DNA of 64,000 nucleotides from Candidatus Caenarcanales bacterium (GCA_041737745.1 JBGSRC010000003.1:36631-100630), one strand, 5' to 3'. Counted from the first letter of the stretch, positions 55,068 through 64,000 are shown. The notes: a model not told the origin generated them from the letters alone. Program-made: numbers and translations.

Positions 55068-56559
55068 CTTCGATCCGCTTCCAGAGGTGATGATGAGGAC
55101 TGGATTTTGGCTTAAGTCGGCCTTCTGCCTCACTGAGCCATGCTTGTGCGTTCGGTCTTTGGTCAAGGCTTTGAGCTAGGCGCACTAGTTTTTTGGTCGT
55201 GATCTCAGCCGGTGTAAAAGACCCATCGTCTGAGAGCAAAATACCTTCCACCAGACTTTCAGTGATTGCTTTGTCGAGAAAAGCCTGTATCTCAGCACCG
55301 GTGGAGAGTGATTTAGCAGCGGAGATCACTCTCATAACATCTATTTTTTCTGGATCGATAATTTCACTTTCACGCGCTTCTAGTAGACGTCTAAATATTT
55401 TTGCGCGGCCCAATTTGCCGGGAGGAGAAACGAAAAACTGCCTATCGATCTTGCCCAAAGCAAAAAGCGTCGAATCGAGATGCCAAGGGGAGTCAGTGAT
55501 GGCCAACAAGCCCAAACCAGCATAAGTGTTGTTCTGGAGCAGCTGACGAAGTAGTGAAGCACAAAAGTGACTTCTATAGAGGTGAGCGTCATTGAGGTTG
55601 CTGCTACTGTTAACATGGCCCAGCCAGAGAAGCTCGTCGATCACGATCGTGCAGGGCCGACAGGCCAAGGCTTGCTCGATCACCGCTTCCAACCTCTCTT
55701 CACATTCTTCATAGCTGAGATCGAGAAAATCAGCGCTTTTGATCTCACACATCGAGAGCTGATATTCCTGCAAAATAGAGCGCACAACGGTAGATTTCCC
55801 GCAGCCAGCCGGTCCATAGAGCAAAATCTTGGGACAAGAAAGGCTTTGGTAACGCTCAAAGAGCTCAGGATTGCGGAGCGGTATGACCAGCTCTCTGAGC
55901 AAAAAGTTTTTGGTGGCATCAAGGCCCTCAAGCTCACTGAGAGGAGGAGCTTCTATTAGTTTGCGAGTAATGGGCTCACTGGCGGGAACAGCTGAAGGTG
56001 GAAAGACGGGTAGCGGAAAAGGCATCATCGAGGCAGCTTCCAGAGCGGCCAGCTCTAAGACTAAGTAGTGCTTGCCTGAACTCACTATCTGCTCTTGCAC
56101 TTTATTTAGCTTCTCGAGCGCTTGTAGATTGGTCTTGATCAAATTCAATAGAGGCATTTCTGAGATCAAAAGCGATGAATCTTGAGCTATCGCTTGATCG
56201 AGCCAAGTAGATGCGTCATTGTATTTCGCTAGACTGGCTGCCACTTTAGCAAAGAGAAGCAGTTGTTCTTTATTTAGTTGAGTGTTGGGAAGAGCGGAAA
56301 GTAGAGAAAGATAAGAGTAGGCATTCTGAAAAGAACGTTTTTTCCAATGGACCCTTGCTAGACCCCAGAGCGCTTCTTTGGAGCTTGGGTTGTCGTGCAC
56401 GAGGGCATTTAGTAGCTCTTCGGCTCTATCCCACTGCTGAAGGCTCAGGCAGAGGGTAGCTAGTTTTTCTTTGATATCGAGATCACTTGGTTCTTGAAGC
56501 AGTTTTGCCTCTAGAAGAGTCAGGAGCTCCATTTGCTCAGTGATATTTCGTTTTTCCAT
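55048..56559 (-). CDS. TPR-repeat protein with C-terminal AAA+ ATPase domain
   Basis: N-terminal TPR-like helices; Walker A GPAGCGKS, Walker B IVIDE, DSPWHLD, GAEI. Confidence 0.85.
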   Translation of the reverse strand: MEKRNITEQMELLTLLEAKLLQEPSDLDIKEKLATLCLSLQQWDRAEELLNALVHDNPSSKEALWGLARVHWKKRSFQNAYSYLSLLSALPNTQLNKEQLLLFAKVAASLAKYNDASTWLDQAIAQDSSLLISEMPLLNLIKTNLQALEKLNKVQEQIVSSGKHYLVLELAALEAASMMPFPLPVFPPSAVPASEPITRKLIEAPPLSELEGLDATKNFLLRELVIPLRNPELFERYQSLSCPKILLYGPAGCGKSTVVRSILQEYQLSMCEIKSADFLDLSYEECEERLEAVIEQALACRPCTIVIDELLWLGHVNSSSNLNDAHLYRSHFCASLLRQLLQNNTYAGLGLLAITDSPWHLDSTLFALGKIDRQFFVSPPGKLGRAKIFRRLLEARESEIIDPEKIDVMRVISAAKSLSTGAEIQAFLDKAITESLVEGILLSDDGSFTPAEITTKKLVRLAQSLDQRPNAQAWLSEAEGRLKPKSSPHHHLWKRIEDGFQYD

Positions 56560-56676
56560 CTGTATTTATTGACTCAGTTTGTTTGAAGCTTTGCCAATAT
56601 TCAATTTAGTAATAGTCTTATAATACTAGAAACTCGCTCCAAGTGCGAGATCCTAGGGCTTTTAGGAAAAAACAGG

Positions 56677-56704
56677 TTGACAGGATTTAGTTTTAGGCTA
56701 TAAT
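56677..56704 (+). promoter_or_regulatory. Consensus sigma70 promoter for the rpsN-secY operon
   Basis: TTGACA (56677-56682), 16-bp spacer, TATAAT (56699-56704), 18 bp upstream of the rpsN ATG. Confidence 0.85.
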
Positions 56705-56722
56705 TTTTTGTCTTAAATTAAG

Positions 56723-56929
56723 ATGGCAAAAAAATCAACAAAAGAAAAAGCGGCTAAGCGCATTATTGAAGTGGCAAATGGCGAAAGGTCAGCTGTCCAA
56801 CTTCGCAACCGTTGCTGGAAATGTGGTCGCCCCAGAGGATTCATGCGCGATTTTGGTATATGTCGCATCTGTTTCCGCGAGTTCGCCCACAAGGGCATCA
56901 TCCCCGGCGTTAGAAAGGCTAGCTGGTAA
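56723..56929 (+). CDS. rpsN: 30S ribosomal protein S14 (type Z, zinc-binding)
   Basis: [10 protein letters not shown]...[21 protein letters not shown]. Confidence 0.97.
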   Translation: MAKKSTKEKAAKRIIEVANGERSAVQLRNRCWKCGRPRGFMRDFGICRICFREFAHKGIIPGVRKASW

Positions 56930-56932
56930 ATT

Positions 56933-57331
56933 ATGTCACTTTCAGATTTGACTTCGGACTTATTAACGCGTCTTAGAAACGCCTCGATGGTTCGCAAAAG
57001 AAGCATCACTATGCCCCATTCAAAAGCATTGGTCAGATTGGCAGCAGTTTTTGCTGAAAATTCGATTATCGCTTCATATGAAGAAGGCGTTGAAGAAAGG
57101 GGCCATAAAATCCTCACTTTAAATCTCCGTTACGTTGAAAACAAACCGGTATTTTCAAAAGTAATCAGAGAAAGTAAGCCTGGCCGTAGACTTTTCACCT
57201 CAGCAACTAAGAGATTTGGAAGAAGACCACAGCATTCTTTCACAGTACTTTCTACAAGTTCTGGTGTGATGCCCCTCAGTGAGGCTTTCAAGCAAAATAT
57301 CGGCGGCGAAGTGATCTGCACTATCTGGTAA
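56933..57331 (+). CDS. rpsH: 30S ribosomal protein S8
   Basis: DLLTRLRNA, SKPGRR, STSSGVM, NIGGEVIC.IW. Confidence 0.95.
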   Translation: MSLSDLTSDLLTRLRNASMVRKRSITMPHSKALVRLAAVFAENSIIASYEEGVEERGHKILTLNLRYVENKPVFSKVIRESKPGRRLFTSATKRFGRRPQHSFTVLSTSSGVMPLSEAFKQNIGGEVICTIW

Positions 57332-57338
57332 CTAAAAC

Positions 57339-57887
57339 ATGTCAAGAATAGGAAAAAAACAGTATGCATTGAGCGCCAAAGTGAGCGCCGAACTGAAAGA
57401 AGGTCAAGTAATTGTTATTGGGCCTAAAGGTACTCTTGAGTTTCCTTTGGATCCGGCTTTTGGCTTGAGATTTGAAGATTCTCTCGTCGGAATTGAAATT
57501 ACCGCCGTCAACTCCAAGCGCAAAGACATTAAGGCTCTTTTCGGGCTTTACGGTGCTCTGCTCGGCAATGCCGTAAAGGGAGTGAGCGATGGCTTCTCCA
57601 AGAAGCTCAACTTGGTCGGTGTCGGTTATAAGGCGCAAATCCAAGGCGATAAATTGATTTTGGCAATCGGCTATAGTCATCCGGTGGAATTTATTATTCC
57701 TAGCTTTCTCAAAGTAGAATGCCCAGACCAAACCACTATAGTCATTCATGGCATGAGCAAGTATGAAGTGGGCCAGTTTGCCGCCAATGTGCGTGTGGTC
57801 AGACCACCTGAACCGTACAAAGGAAAAGGTATACTCTATGAAGGCGAAAAAGTCCGTCGTAAAGCCGGTAAGTCAGGTAAAAAATAA
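57339..57887 (+). CDS. rplF: 50S ribosomal protein L6
   Basis: [34 protein letters not shown]. Confidence 0.97.
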   Translation: MSRIGKKQYALSAKVSAELKEGQVIVIGPKGTLEFPLDPAFGLRFEDSLVGIEITAVNSKRKDIKALFGLYGALLGNAVKGVSDGFSKKLNLVGVGYKAQIQGDKLILAIGYSHPVEFIIPSFLKVECPDQTTIVIHGMSKYEVGQFAANVRVVRPPEPYKGKGILYEGEKVRRKAGKSGKK

Positions 57888-58240
57888 TGTCAATCACTAA
57901 AAGACAAGCATTGAAGCGAGCACACACCAGAGTGCGCAAAAAAGTCGAAGGGTCTTCTGCTAGACCGCGTCTTTCCATTCATCGCAGCGGAGCTCACATT
58001 TACGCTCAGATTATCGATGATGAAAAGCAAATCACCCTTGTTAGTTCTTCTTCCTTGGACTTCAAGGCTGACTCTAAGGGAAGTAATACCGAAGCGGCTA
58101 GCCTGGTCGGCCAAGCTCTCGCCAAAAAAGCCCGCGAAAAGCAAATTGAGGCCGTTGTCTGTGATCGAGGCGGGCATCGCTTCCATGGGCGAGTCAAAGC
58201 TCTAGCTGACGCTGCTCGTGAGGGTGGCTTGACCTTCTAA
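57887..58240 (+). CDS. rplR: 50S ribosomal protein L18
   Basis: [40 protein letters not shown]. Confidence 0.97.
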   Translation: MSITKRQALKRAHTRVRKKVEGSSARPRLSIHRSGAHIYAQIIDDEKQITLVSSSSLDFKADSKGSNTEAASLVGQALAKKAREKQIEAVVCDRGGHRFHGRVKALADAAREGGLTF

Positions 58241-58273
58241 ACCCGGATTTTCTTTACACTCACTATATCTACG

Positions 58274-58903
58274 ATGAACCTATTTCAAAAACGCAGCAAG
58301 ACAAGTCCAAAGCCAGGAGATCCAGCTTCTCCCGATAGACCAGTTCGTCGGGGCAGACCTGGCCAAGAAGGTCAAGGCGGACGCGGTGGTGATGGTCGTG
58401 ACAGCGAGTGGCAAGAACGCGTTATTCGTATTCGTCGGGTGACCAAAGTGGTCAAGGGCGGTAAGAATATGAGTTTCTCGGCCCTAGTGGTCGTTGGCGA
58501 TATGAAGGGAAACCTCGGAATCGGACACGGCAAAGCCGCTGAGGTGGTCGATGCAATCAAAAAAGGCATTGAAAATGCTAAGAAAAATATTATTCGCTTG
58601 CGCTTCGATCAAGGCTCAATCCCGCACAACACAGAAGGCCAACAAGGTTCTTGCCGCATTTTGATGTTCAAAGCCCCCAAGGGAACTGGACTGATCTGTT
58701 CTTGGTGTCTGAAAATGGCTCTTGAAGTAGCTGGTCTGAGAAACGTAGTCTGTAAAGTGATCGGTTCCACAAATCCCGGTAACGTGATGGGTGCTCTTAC
58801 TGACGCCGTCAATACACTCAAGACAAAGACAGAATTGAGAGTATTACGTGCTCCACACAATGCTCCCAGCCCAACTCCAAGCATTGCCCCACCGGCAGTC
58901 TGA
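58274..58903 (+). CDS. rpsE: 30S ribosomal protein S5 (N-terminal extension)
   Basis: ERVIRIRRVTKVVKGGK..SFSALVVVGD..G..G.G.GKA.EV..AI.K. Confidence 0.96.
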   Translation: MNLFQKRSKTSPKPGDPASPDRPVRRGRPGQEGQGGRGGDGRDSEWQERVIRIRRVTKVVKGGKNMSFSALVVVGDMKGNLGIGHGKAAEVVDAIKKGIENAKKNIIRLRFDQGSIPHNTEGQQGSCRILMFKAPKGTGLICSWCLKMALEVAGLRNVVCKVIGSTNPGNVMGALTDAVNTLKTKTELRVLRAPHNAPSPTPSIAPPAV

Positions 58904-58934
58904 GCTAGCAAGCAAAATTTCTCAAATAACCTAA

Positions 58935-59432
58935 ATGAATATCATGAACGAACAAGAAAGTAGACCAAAGCTAGACCTCGGTAGCCTCAAGCCAGCCCCC
59001 GGTTCTTTTAAGCCAGATAAACGCGAAGGTCGCGGCAGAGCCGGTTATGGTGGTAAAACTTGTGGCGCCGGTCACAATGGCCAAAAAGCTCGCGCTGGTA
59101 AAGGGGTCAGACCGCAGTTTGAGGGTGGACAAACTCCGCTTTACAGAAGATTGCCGAAAAAGCAATATATTTCTGTCCCAAATCGCCGAGTGCTCTCTAT
59201 TGTCAATCTTGAGCGCATTGCACTGGTAGATTTGAGCGGAATCGAGGAAATCAACCCAAGAGTATTGCTTGAGCTTGGTCTGATCAGAAAGTTGGCCAAA
59301 GACGGTGTGAAGCTTTTAGGTCGCGCTCCTCTTGGCAAAGCGATCAAGTTTCGCGTTCACTCTTGTTCAGATTCCGCTAAGCAAGCTGTGGAAATTGATG
59401 GTGGCCAAGTGCAGATCATTGAACTAAAATGA
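58935..59432 (+). CDS. rplO: 50S ribosomal protein L15
   Basis: GRG...YGGKTCGAGHNGQKAR, FEGGQTPLYRRLPK. Confidence 0.96.
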   Translation: MNIMNEQESRPKLDLGSLKPAPGSFKPDKREGRGRAGYGGKTCGAGHNGQKARAGKGVRPQFEGGQTPLYRRLPKKQYISVPNRRVLSIVNLERIALVDLSGIEEINPRVLLELGLIRKLAKDGVKLLGRAPLGKAIKFRVHSCSDSAKQAVEIDGGQVQIIELK

Positions 59433-60853
59433 GCTCAGGCCGCAAATCAGCAACAGCAACCAGCTCTCCCGCTTTGCCAGACTTTCGCAGTTTAGCTGAA
59501 AGTGGCATTTTTAAGCGCCTAATGGTGACAGTTGGTTTGCTTGCTTTTTATAGACTAGGTGTTCAAGTCCCTATCTGGGGTGTCGATCATGAGTTGGTTA
59601 AGTCCACTCTGTCTAGCAATTTGCTTGGCTTTGTCGATCTGTTTTCGGGCGGTGCGCTCAGCGCTCTATCCATCTTTGCACTCGGCATCGGTCCTTACAT
59701 CACTGCTTCGATCATGATGCAGCTCTTAAACGAGATCTTTCCTTCGCTGAAAGCCCTACAAAGAGAACAAGGTGAAAGTGGCCGTAAAGAATACCAACAG
59801 TGGGTTCGCCGTCTTTCTGTCTTGATTGCGCTCATTCAGTCATCGGCTTTGGTCAGTTTTTTGGTCGGCAGTGGGGCTGTCATTTCCCCCAATATTCCGC
59901 TTTTCGTGACGCTCTCGCTGATTGCTCTTGTCTCAGGCTCGCTATTTGTGCTGTGGATTGGTGAGCTCATCAGCGAATTTGGGATCGGCAATGGTGGCTC
60001 TCTTTTGATCTTTGCCGGTGTGGCTGCTCGTTTACCACAAATGGTCGCCCAGACTTATGAAGCAGTGAAGATCGAGGCTATTCCATTGTGGGGCATCAGC
60101 GCCTTGCTGGTCTTTTTTGTGTTGCTCATTTACGCCATCATTTACCTGCAAGAAGCAGCCCGAAAGCTTTTAATTGTTGGGGCAAAAGCGGCTTCGCCTG
60201 CTGGTGGTTACCAACAAAACTCGCATTATTTGCCGATGAAGCTGAACCCATCAGGTGTGCTCCCCATTATCTTCACTTACGCTGCTATGTTCATGCCTGT
60301 GCAACTTTTGATGTTTGCGGGCAAGGGTTCCAGTCTCAGCGATGCTTTTGGCGATTTGTTTTATCGAGCTGACCCTTTTCGGGCTATCTTTGAGCCACTT
60401 CTCACCAATCTTACTTTTGCTGGTTTCTTTGGGGCTATTGGCTTTGCTCTTGATCAGATTTTCTTGGATTCAAATTCTATTCCGCACACAATCGCTGTCC
60501 TAGCGCTCATTATTTCTTTTGCTTTCTTCTATTCATCAATATTGTTGCCGCCACGGGAAATAGCCGAGAATTTACAAAAATCCGGTAGCGCCATACAGGG
60601 AGTAAAGCCCGGTAAAGCCACTTCCGAGTACCTTGAAGGCCTGCTCAATCGTCTAGTCTTCATTGGTGGTATCGCAATAGGGCTGATCGCTATTACTCCA
60701 GGATTAGTTGAAAAAGCTTGTCAGGTCACCACTCTCGGCGGACTGGGCAGCACCTCGCTGATTATCATGGTCGGTGTAGCTGTCGATCTCTACAACCAAG
60801 TGCTCGCTTACACTCAAGCGCACCAATACAAGGTGAGGTCTCTATTCAATTGA
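59429..60853 (+). CDS. secY: Preprotein translocase subunit SecY
   Basis: SIFALGIGPYITASI.MQLL, GIGNGGSLLIF, PMKLNPSGV.PIIF, GVKPGK.T..YL, GSTSL.I.VGV. Confidence 0.97.
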   Translation: MSSGRKSATATSSPALPDFRSLAESGIFKRLMVTVGLLAFYRLGVQVPIWGVDHELVKSTLSSNLLGFVDLFSGGALSALSIFALGIGPYITASIMMQLLNEIFPSLKALQREQGESGRKEYQQWVRRLSVLIALIQSSALVSFLVGSGAVISPNIPLFVTLSLIALVSGSLFVLWIGELISEFGIGNGGSLLIFAGVAARLPQMVAQTYEAVKIEAIPLWGISALLVFFVLLIYAIIYLQEAARKLLIVGAKAASPAGGYQQNSHYLPMKLNPSGVLPIIFTYAAMFMPVQLLMFAGKGSSLSDAFGDLFYRADPFRAIFEPLLTNLTFAGFFGAIGFALDQIFLDSNSIPHTIAVLALIISFAFFYSSILLPPREIAENLQKSGSAIQGVKPGKATSEYLEGLLNRLVFIGGIAIGLIAITPGLVEKACQVTTLGGLGSTSLIIMVGVAVDLYNQVLAYTQAHQYKVRSLFN

Positions 60854-61524
60854 GTTTGCCTAATCTTCTGCTCATAGGTCCGCCGGGAGCTGGTAAAGGC
60901 ACACTGGCCGATAGACTGGTAGCTGAGCACAAATATTCTAGACTAGACACCGGATCGCTGATCAGAGAGGCGATCGAAGCAAAAACCGATTTGGGAATAG
61001 AGGCCAAATCTTATGTCAACGAAGGCAAACTAATCCCTGACGAGCTAGTGAATTCGATCATAGCAAGCAAACTGAAGCATTTTGCAGACACCAAAAGTCA
61101 TTTTCTATTAGATGGCTATCCGCGGAACAAAGCGCAAGCCGAAAATTTGCAAACACTGCTAGCCGAAGATGGACTAGCTTTGGGGAAAGTGCTTGAATTT
61201 GTAGTATCTGAAGAGCTCTTACTTGGCCGCATCGATGGTCGTTTGCTCTGCACTAATTCCAGCTGCCGCAAAGTCTATAACCTCAAAAGCTCACCGCCAA
61301 AGAACCCAAATCTCTGCGATCTCTGTGGTTCTGCACTTCAGCAGCGGAGCGACGATAAGCCTGAAGTTTTGGCTAAGCGACTGGAAGCTTTCAGGGCAGA
61401 AACGCAGCCTATTTTGGACTTTTATCAAAAGCTCGGTTTAGTCTTGAAACTAGAAGCAAACAAGCCTCCTCAAGAAGTTTACGGGCAGCTTTTGGGGCTA
61501 TTACCGAGCAAAGCTGAGTTATAA
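60850..61524 (+). CDS. adk: Adenylate kinase (LID with Cys-rich motif)
   Basis: TTG start overlapping the secY stop; GPPGAGKGT, LDGYPRN..QA, C..C...YN...C..CG, QRSDD. Confidence 0.95.
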   Translation: MSLPNLLLIGPPGAGKGTLADRLVAEHKYSRLDTGSLIREAIEAKTDLGIEAKSYVNEGKLIPDELVNSIIASKLKHFADTKSHFLLDGYPRNKAQAENLQTLLAEDGLALGKVLEFVVSEELLLGRIDGRLLCTNSSCRKVYNLKSSPPKNPNLCDLCGSALQQRSDDKPEVLAKRLEAFRAETQPILDFYQKLGLVLKLEANKPPQEVYGQLLGLLPSKAEL

Positions 61525-61557
61525 TCTTAAGACTGATTTAGAGCTTACAAAAAATAT

Positions 61558-62577
61558 ATGTTGCAGCAAACCTCTCCCCAAAATACGCTCACCAAAAAAG
61601 ACTTTGCCAGCAGCCAAGATGTGCGCTGGTGTCCGGGTTGTGGTGATTATTCTATTTTGGCCGCCATGCAAGCCACTCTTCCTCTCCTAGGTCTCCCCAA
61701 AGAGAAGATAGTCTTTGTATCCGGCATCGGTTGTAGCTCGCGTTTCCCCCACTACATGAGCACTTATGGTTTCCATACCATTCATGGTCGTGCTCCAGCT
61801 TTTGCTACTGGCCTAAAGTTGGCTAATCCCGATCTGAGCGTTTGGGTGATCACCGGTGATGGCGATGGGCTTTCTATTGGTGGAAATCATCTGATTCATG
61901 CTCTTCGCCGCAATGTTGACCTGAAAATTCTACTTTTCAACAATAAAATCTACGGCCTTACTAAAGGGCAATATTCGCCTACCTCAGACATCGGTACTAT
62001 CGCCAAGTCTACGCCATACGGTTCGCTCGATAGAGCCTTCAATCCTTGCGAGTTAGCTTTGGCTGCTCAGGCTAGCTTTGTGGCGCGGACAATTGATACT
62101 GACCCTAAGCATATGCAGGAAGTCTTTCTGAGAGCGGCGGCACACAAGGGCTCTTGTTTTATTGAAATACTGCAAAACTGTGTGATTTTCAATGACAAAA
62201 CACACGCTGACATCACCGCTCCACAGACCAGAGACGAGCACCAGTTGCGTTTGAAGCAGGGCGAGCAACTTCTTTTTGGCAAAGCTGACGAGCAAAAAGC
62301 GATCACCTTCGATAGAGAGAGCATGAGCTTGAAGGTTGTTTCTGCTAGTGAAAAGTTTGAGCCTTTGCTTCATGATGAAAATGCAACTAGTCCAGTGCTG
62401 GCGCAGCTTCTTGCTACCTTGCATTCGCCTTCGGCCCTTGGTGTTTTAAGGTGTATTGAGGGACTTAGTTCTTATGAAGAAGACGTTTATGCTCAGAACG
62501 CCAAGCTAAAAGCTGCTAAAGGACCGGGTAAGCTGGAAAAGCTCTTGTTTTCGGCTGATAGTTGGACTATAGAGTAA
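61558..62577 (+). CDS. 2-oxoacid:ferredoxin oxidoreductase beta subunit
   Basis: WCPGCGD, SGIGCSSRFP, IHGRA, TPP motif GDGD...GGNH...NN.IYGLTKGQYSPT, ILQNC. Confidence 0.94.
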   Translation: MLQQTSPQNTLTKKDFASSQDVRWCPGCGDYSILAAMQATLPLLGLPKEKIVFVSGIGCSSRFPHYMSTYGFHTIHGRAPAFATGLKLANPDLSVWVITGDGDGLSIGGNHLIHALRRNVDLKILLFNNKIYGLTKGQYSPTSDIGTIAKSTPYGSLDRAFNPCELALAAQASFVARTIDTDPKHMQEVFLRAAAHKGSCFIEILQNCVIFNDKTHADITAPQTRDEHQLRLKQGEQLLFGKADEQKAITFDRESMSLKVVSASEKFEPLLHDENATSPVLAQLLATLHSPSALGVLRCIEGLSSYEEDVYAQNAKLKAAKGPGKLEKLLFSADSWTIE

Positions 62578-62621
62578 AAGCCCTAGAGTGAGGAGCTCAA
62601 GGATAGAAAGAACTCTAAAAA

Positions 62622-63422
62622 TTACTTGCAAGAACAAGTACAAGCACAGTCTCTCAGATCCTTGCAAGCCAAACACTTACACTGACAATCTCTAGTAGTT
62701 TTAACGTCAGAAGAAGCTAGCAAAACATTTGGCAGGGCAGCTTGCTTATTCTCCAAATCGCTCAAAAGTGAACTGTAGAGAGTATCGCTGCGCAAGGCAG
62801 AAGCATTGGCGTAAAGCTTCCCATAAGCGCTAGCCTCACCTACTGAGCAAAGATTTGCCCTTAAATTTTCAAGAAAATTTAGCGGATAAGCCTCTTCCCA
62901 AAGAAAGCTTTCTTGACTGTAAACCGGATTTTTATCCAAAACAAGCAGCTTTGCCCGAATGCTCTCCAGTGACTGAGCGAGCTTTGGATTAGGTTCTTGA
63001 AATCTCAGCTTACCAAAATCTTCCTCCAGAGCAGCCAGCCGCTGGTATTTGTTCACGCTAGCGCGAGCAAGGTAAGAGGGTTTAGCAAGCGCATCGCAGT
63101 TAGGAGCCAGTTTGCTCGGGCTCAGTGGTGGAAGGGGGGGCTTGGTCAAATCATTTAGACCGGCAATAGAACTCTGGCCAGCTTTCAGGCTCCCAGCAAA
63201 ATCAACGTTTTTAGCCACAAAGAAAAAAACTAAGATCAAAAGCCCCAGAAGGCCAAGTAGCTGCAAGGGCATTGAGCTTTGCTTCGCCTTGTTGTTTTTG
63301 AGAAATGCCTCAAAGTCATCTATCTGCACGAAAGGATTGAAGCTTGGATTTCCCCCTAAAAAGTCTTCAATGTTTTGTTTGTTCGACATATTTAAGCTTA
63401 ATGGCGAAATAGCTCTATACAA
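62622..63422 (-). CDS. Hypothetical single-TM protein with Cys-rich C-terminal tail
   Basis: LQLLGLLGLLILVFFFVA TM; ends CQCKCLACKDLRDCACTCSCK. Confidence 0.72.
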   Translation of the reverse strand: MYRAISPLSLNMSNKQNIEDFLGGNPSFNPFVQIDDFEAFLKNNKAKQSSMPLQLLGLLGLLILVFFFVAKNVDFAGSLKAGQSSIAGLNDLTKPPLPPLSPSKLAPNCDALAKPSYLARASVNKYQRLAALEEDFGKLRFQEPNPKLAQSLESIRAKLLVLDKNPVYSQESFLWEEAYPLNFLENLRANLCSVGEASAYGKLYANASALRSDTLYSSLLSDLENKQAALPNVLLASSDVKTTRDCQCKCLACKDLRDCACTCSCK

Positions 63423-64000
63423 GTATTATTTGTAGCATTAAAGCCATCCGTAAATAAAGCCCATTGCTCACTTGCCTCTCTATGAGGGAGCAGGGATCAT
63501 AAATCAACTCCGCACTAAGCTCAAAACCAGCATTGACAGGCCCTGGATGCAAGAGAAACGCTTTACTCAGATCCATTCTCGCCGCCTCAAGGCGTTTTCT
63601 ATTCACCTGATAATATTTGGCGTATTCTGCCTCGCCGCTTGTCTGCCCAAAGCTGCCTCTCTCGCGTTGAGGGCGAAGAACCAGCACAAAGTCAATATTC
63701 TTTAAGGCTAAGTCTAAATCCGTCTCCAGTTCTAGCCCAGACCCTTCGCTCAGATAGTCTGGCAAAAAAACCGGCGGCGCACAAAGCCTGATCTTCACAC
63801 CTAATCTAGTCAAAAGCTTGATATTCGATTTGGCGACACGGCTATTCGTGATATCCCCAACTATCAAGAGTTTTTTGCCAGCTAGCTTGCTCAGCCCCCC
63901 GACAACCTCGTAGAGCGTGAAAGCATCGAGTAGCGCTTGAGTGGGGTGCTCTCTAGTCCCCTCGCCGGCCGAGACTAGGCTCAGCTTCCAAGGTTTAGCT
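63415..64000 (-). CDS. pyrB: Aspartate carbamoyltransferase catalytic subunit (5' end outside the window)
   Basis: Frame is open to the window edge: AGEGTREHPTQALLD, VGDI.NSRVA.SN, LRPQRER, LHPGPVN, QVSNG...RMA. Confidence 0.95.
   Translation of the reverse strand, partial: AKPWKLSLVSAGEGTREHPTQALLDAFTLYEVVGGLSKLAGKKLLIVGDITNSRVAKSNIKLLTRLGVKIRLCAPPVFLPDYLSEGSGLELETDLDLALKNIDFVLVLRPQRERGSFGQTSGEAEYAKYYQVNRKRLEAARMDLSKAFLLHPGPVNAGFELSAELIYDPCSLIERQVSNGLYLRMALMLQIILV

Noticed and set aside
1-64000. rRNA, tRNA, integrase, transposase, reverse transcriptase or prophage genes
   Set aside because: None recognised by eye; a tRNAscan or Infernal run would be needed to exclude small RNAs formally.

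Overview
A 64-kb, densely coding bacterial chromosome segment. By inference it comes from a non-photosynthetic relative of Cyanobacteria (Melainabacteria/Vampirovibrionia-like): it has cyanobacterial-type YvcK, DUF2227, Ycf45 and a surE-linked conserved ORF, rpmD is missing from the spc operon, and S14 is the short Zn-type. Most genes are housekeeping: yvcK, rnj, recF, serA, nadA, transaldolase, surE, rimO, argG, hisZ, plsY, uppS, glmS, pheA, purD, carA, the rpsN-rpsH-rplF-rplR-rpsE-rplO-secY-adk block, a korB-like gene and partial pyrB. Several lineage-specific orphans lie between them. I saw no rRNA, tRNA, CRISPR array, cas, transposase or integrase. The most unusual signal is architectural. 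Intergenic nodes built from about five modular REP-like palindromes divide the DNA into 1-4 kb segments whose top strand runs from A+C-rich at the left end to G+T-rich at the right end, regardless of gene orientation. One palindrome family supplies in-frame TGA stop codons to host genes. Two tandem arrays (164 bp x2+ and about 151 bp x3) carry short ORFs with mostly silent or conservative differences. Protein-level highlights are a catalytically degenerate RNase J, a secreted triple-thioredoxin (CGHC) protein, a DUF1338/HglS-like oxygenase clustered with an aminotransferase, an ALDH and serA, a divergent pair of fimbrial-like paralogs, and a stand-alone PBECR-like RNase. All assignments come from motif recognition by eye; no searches were run.
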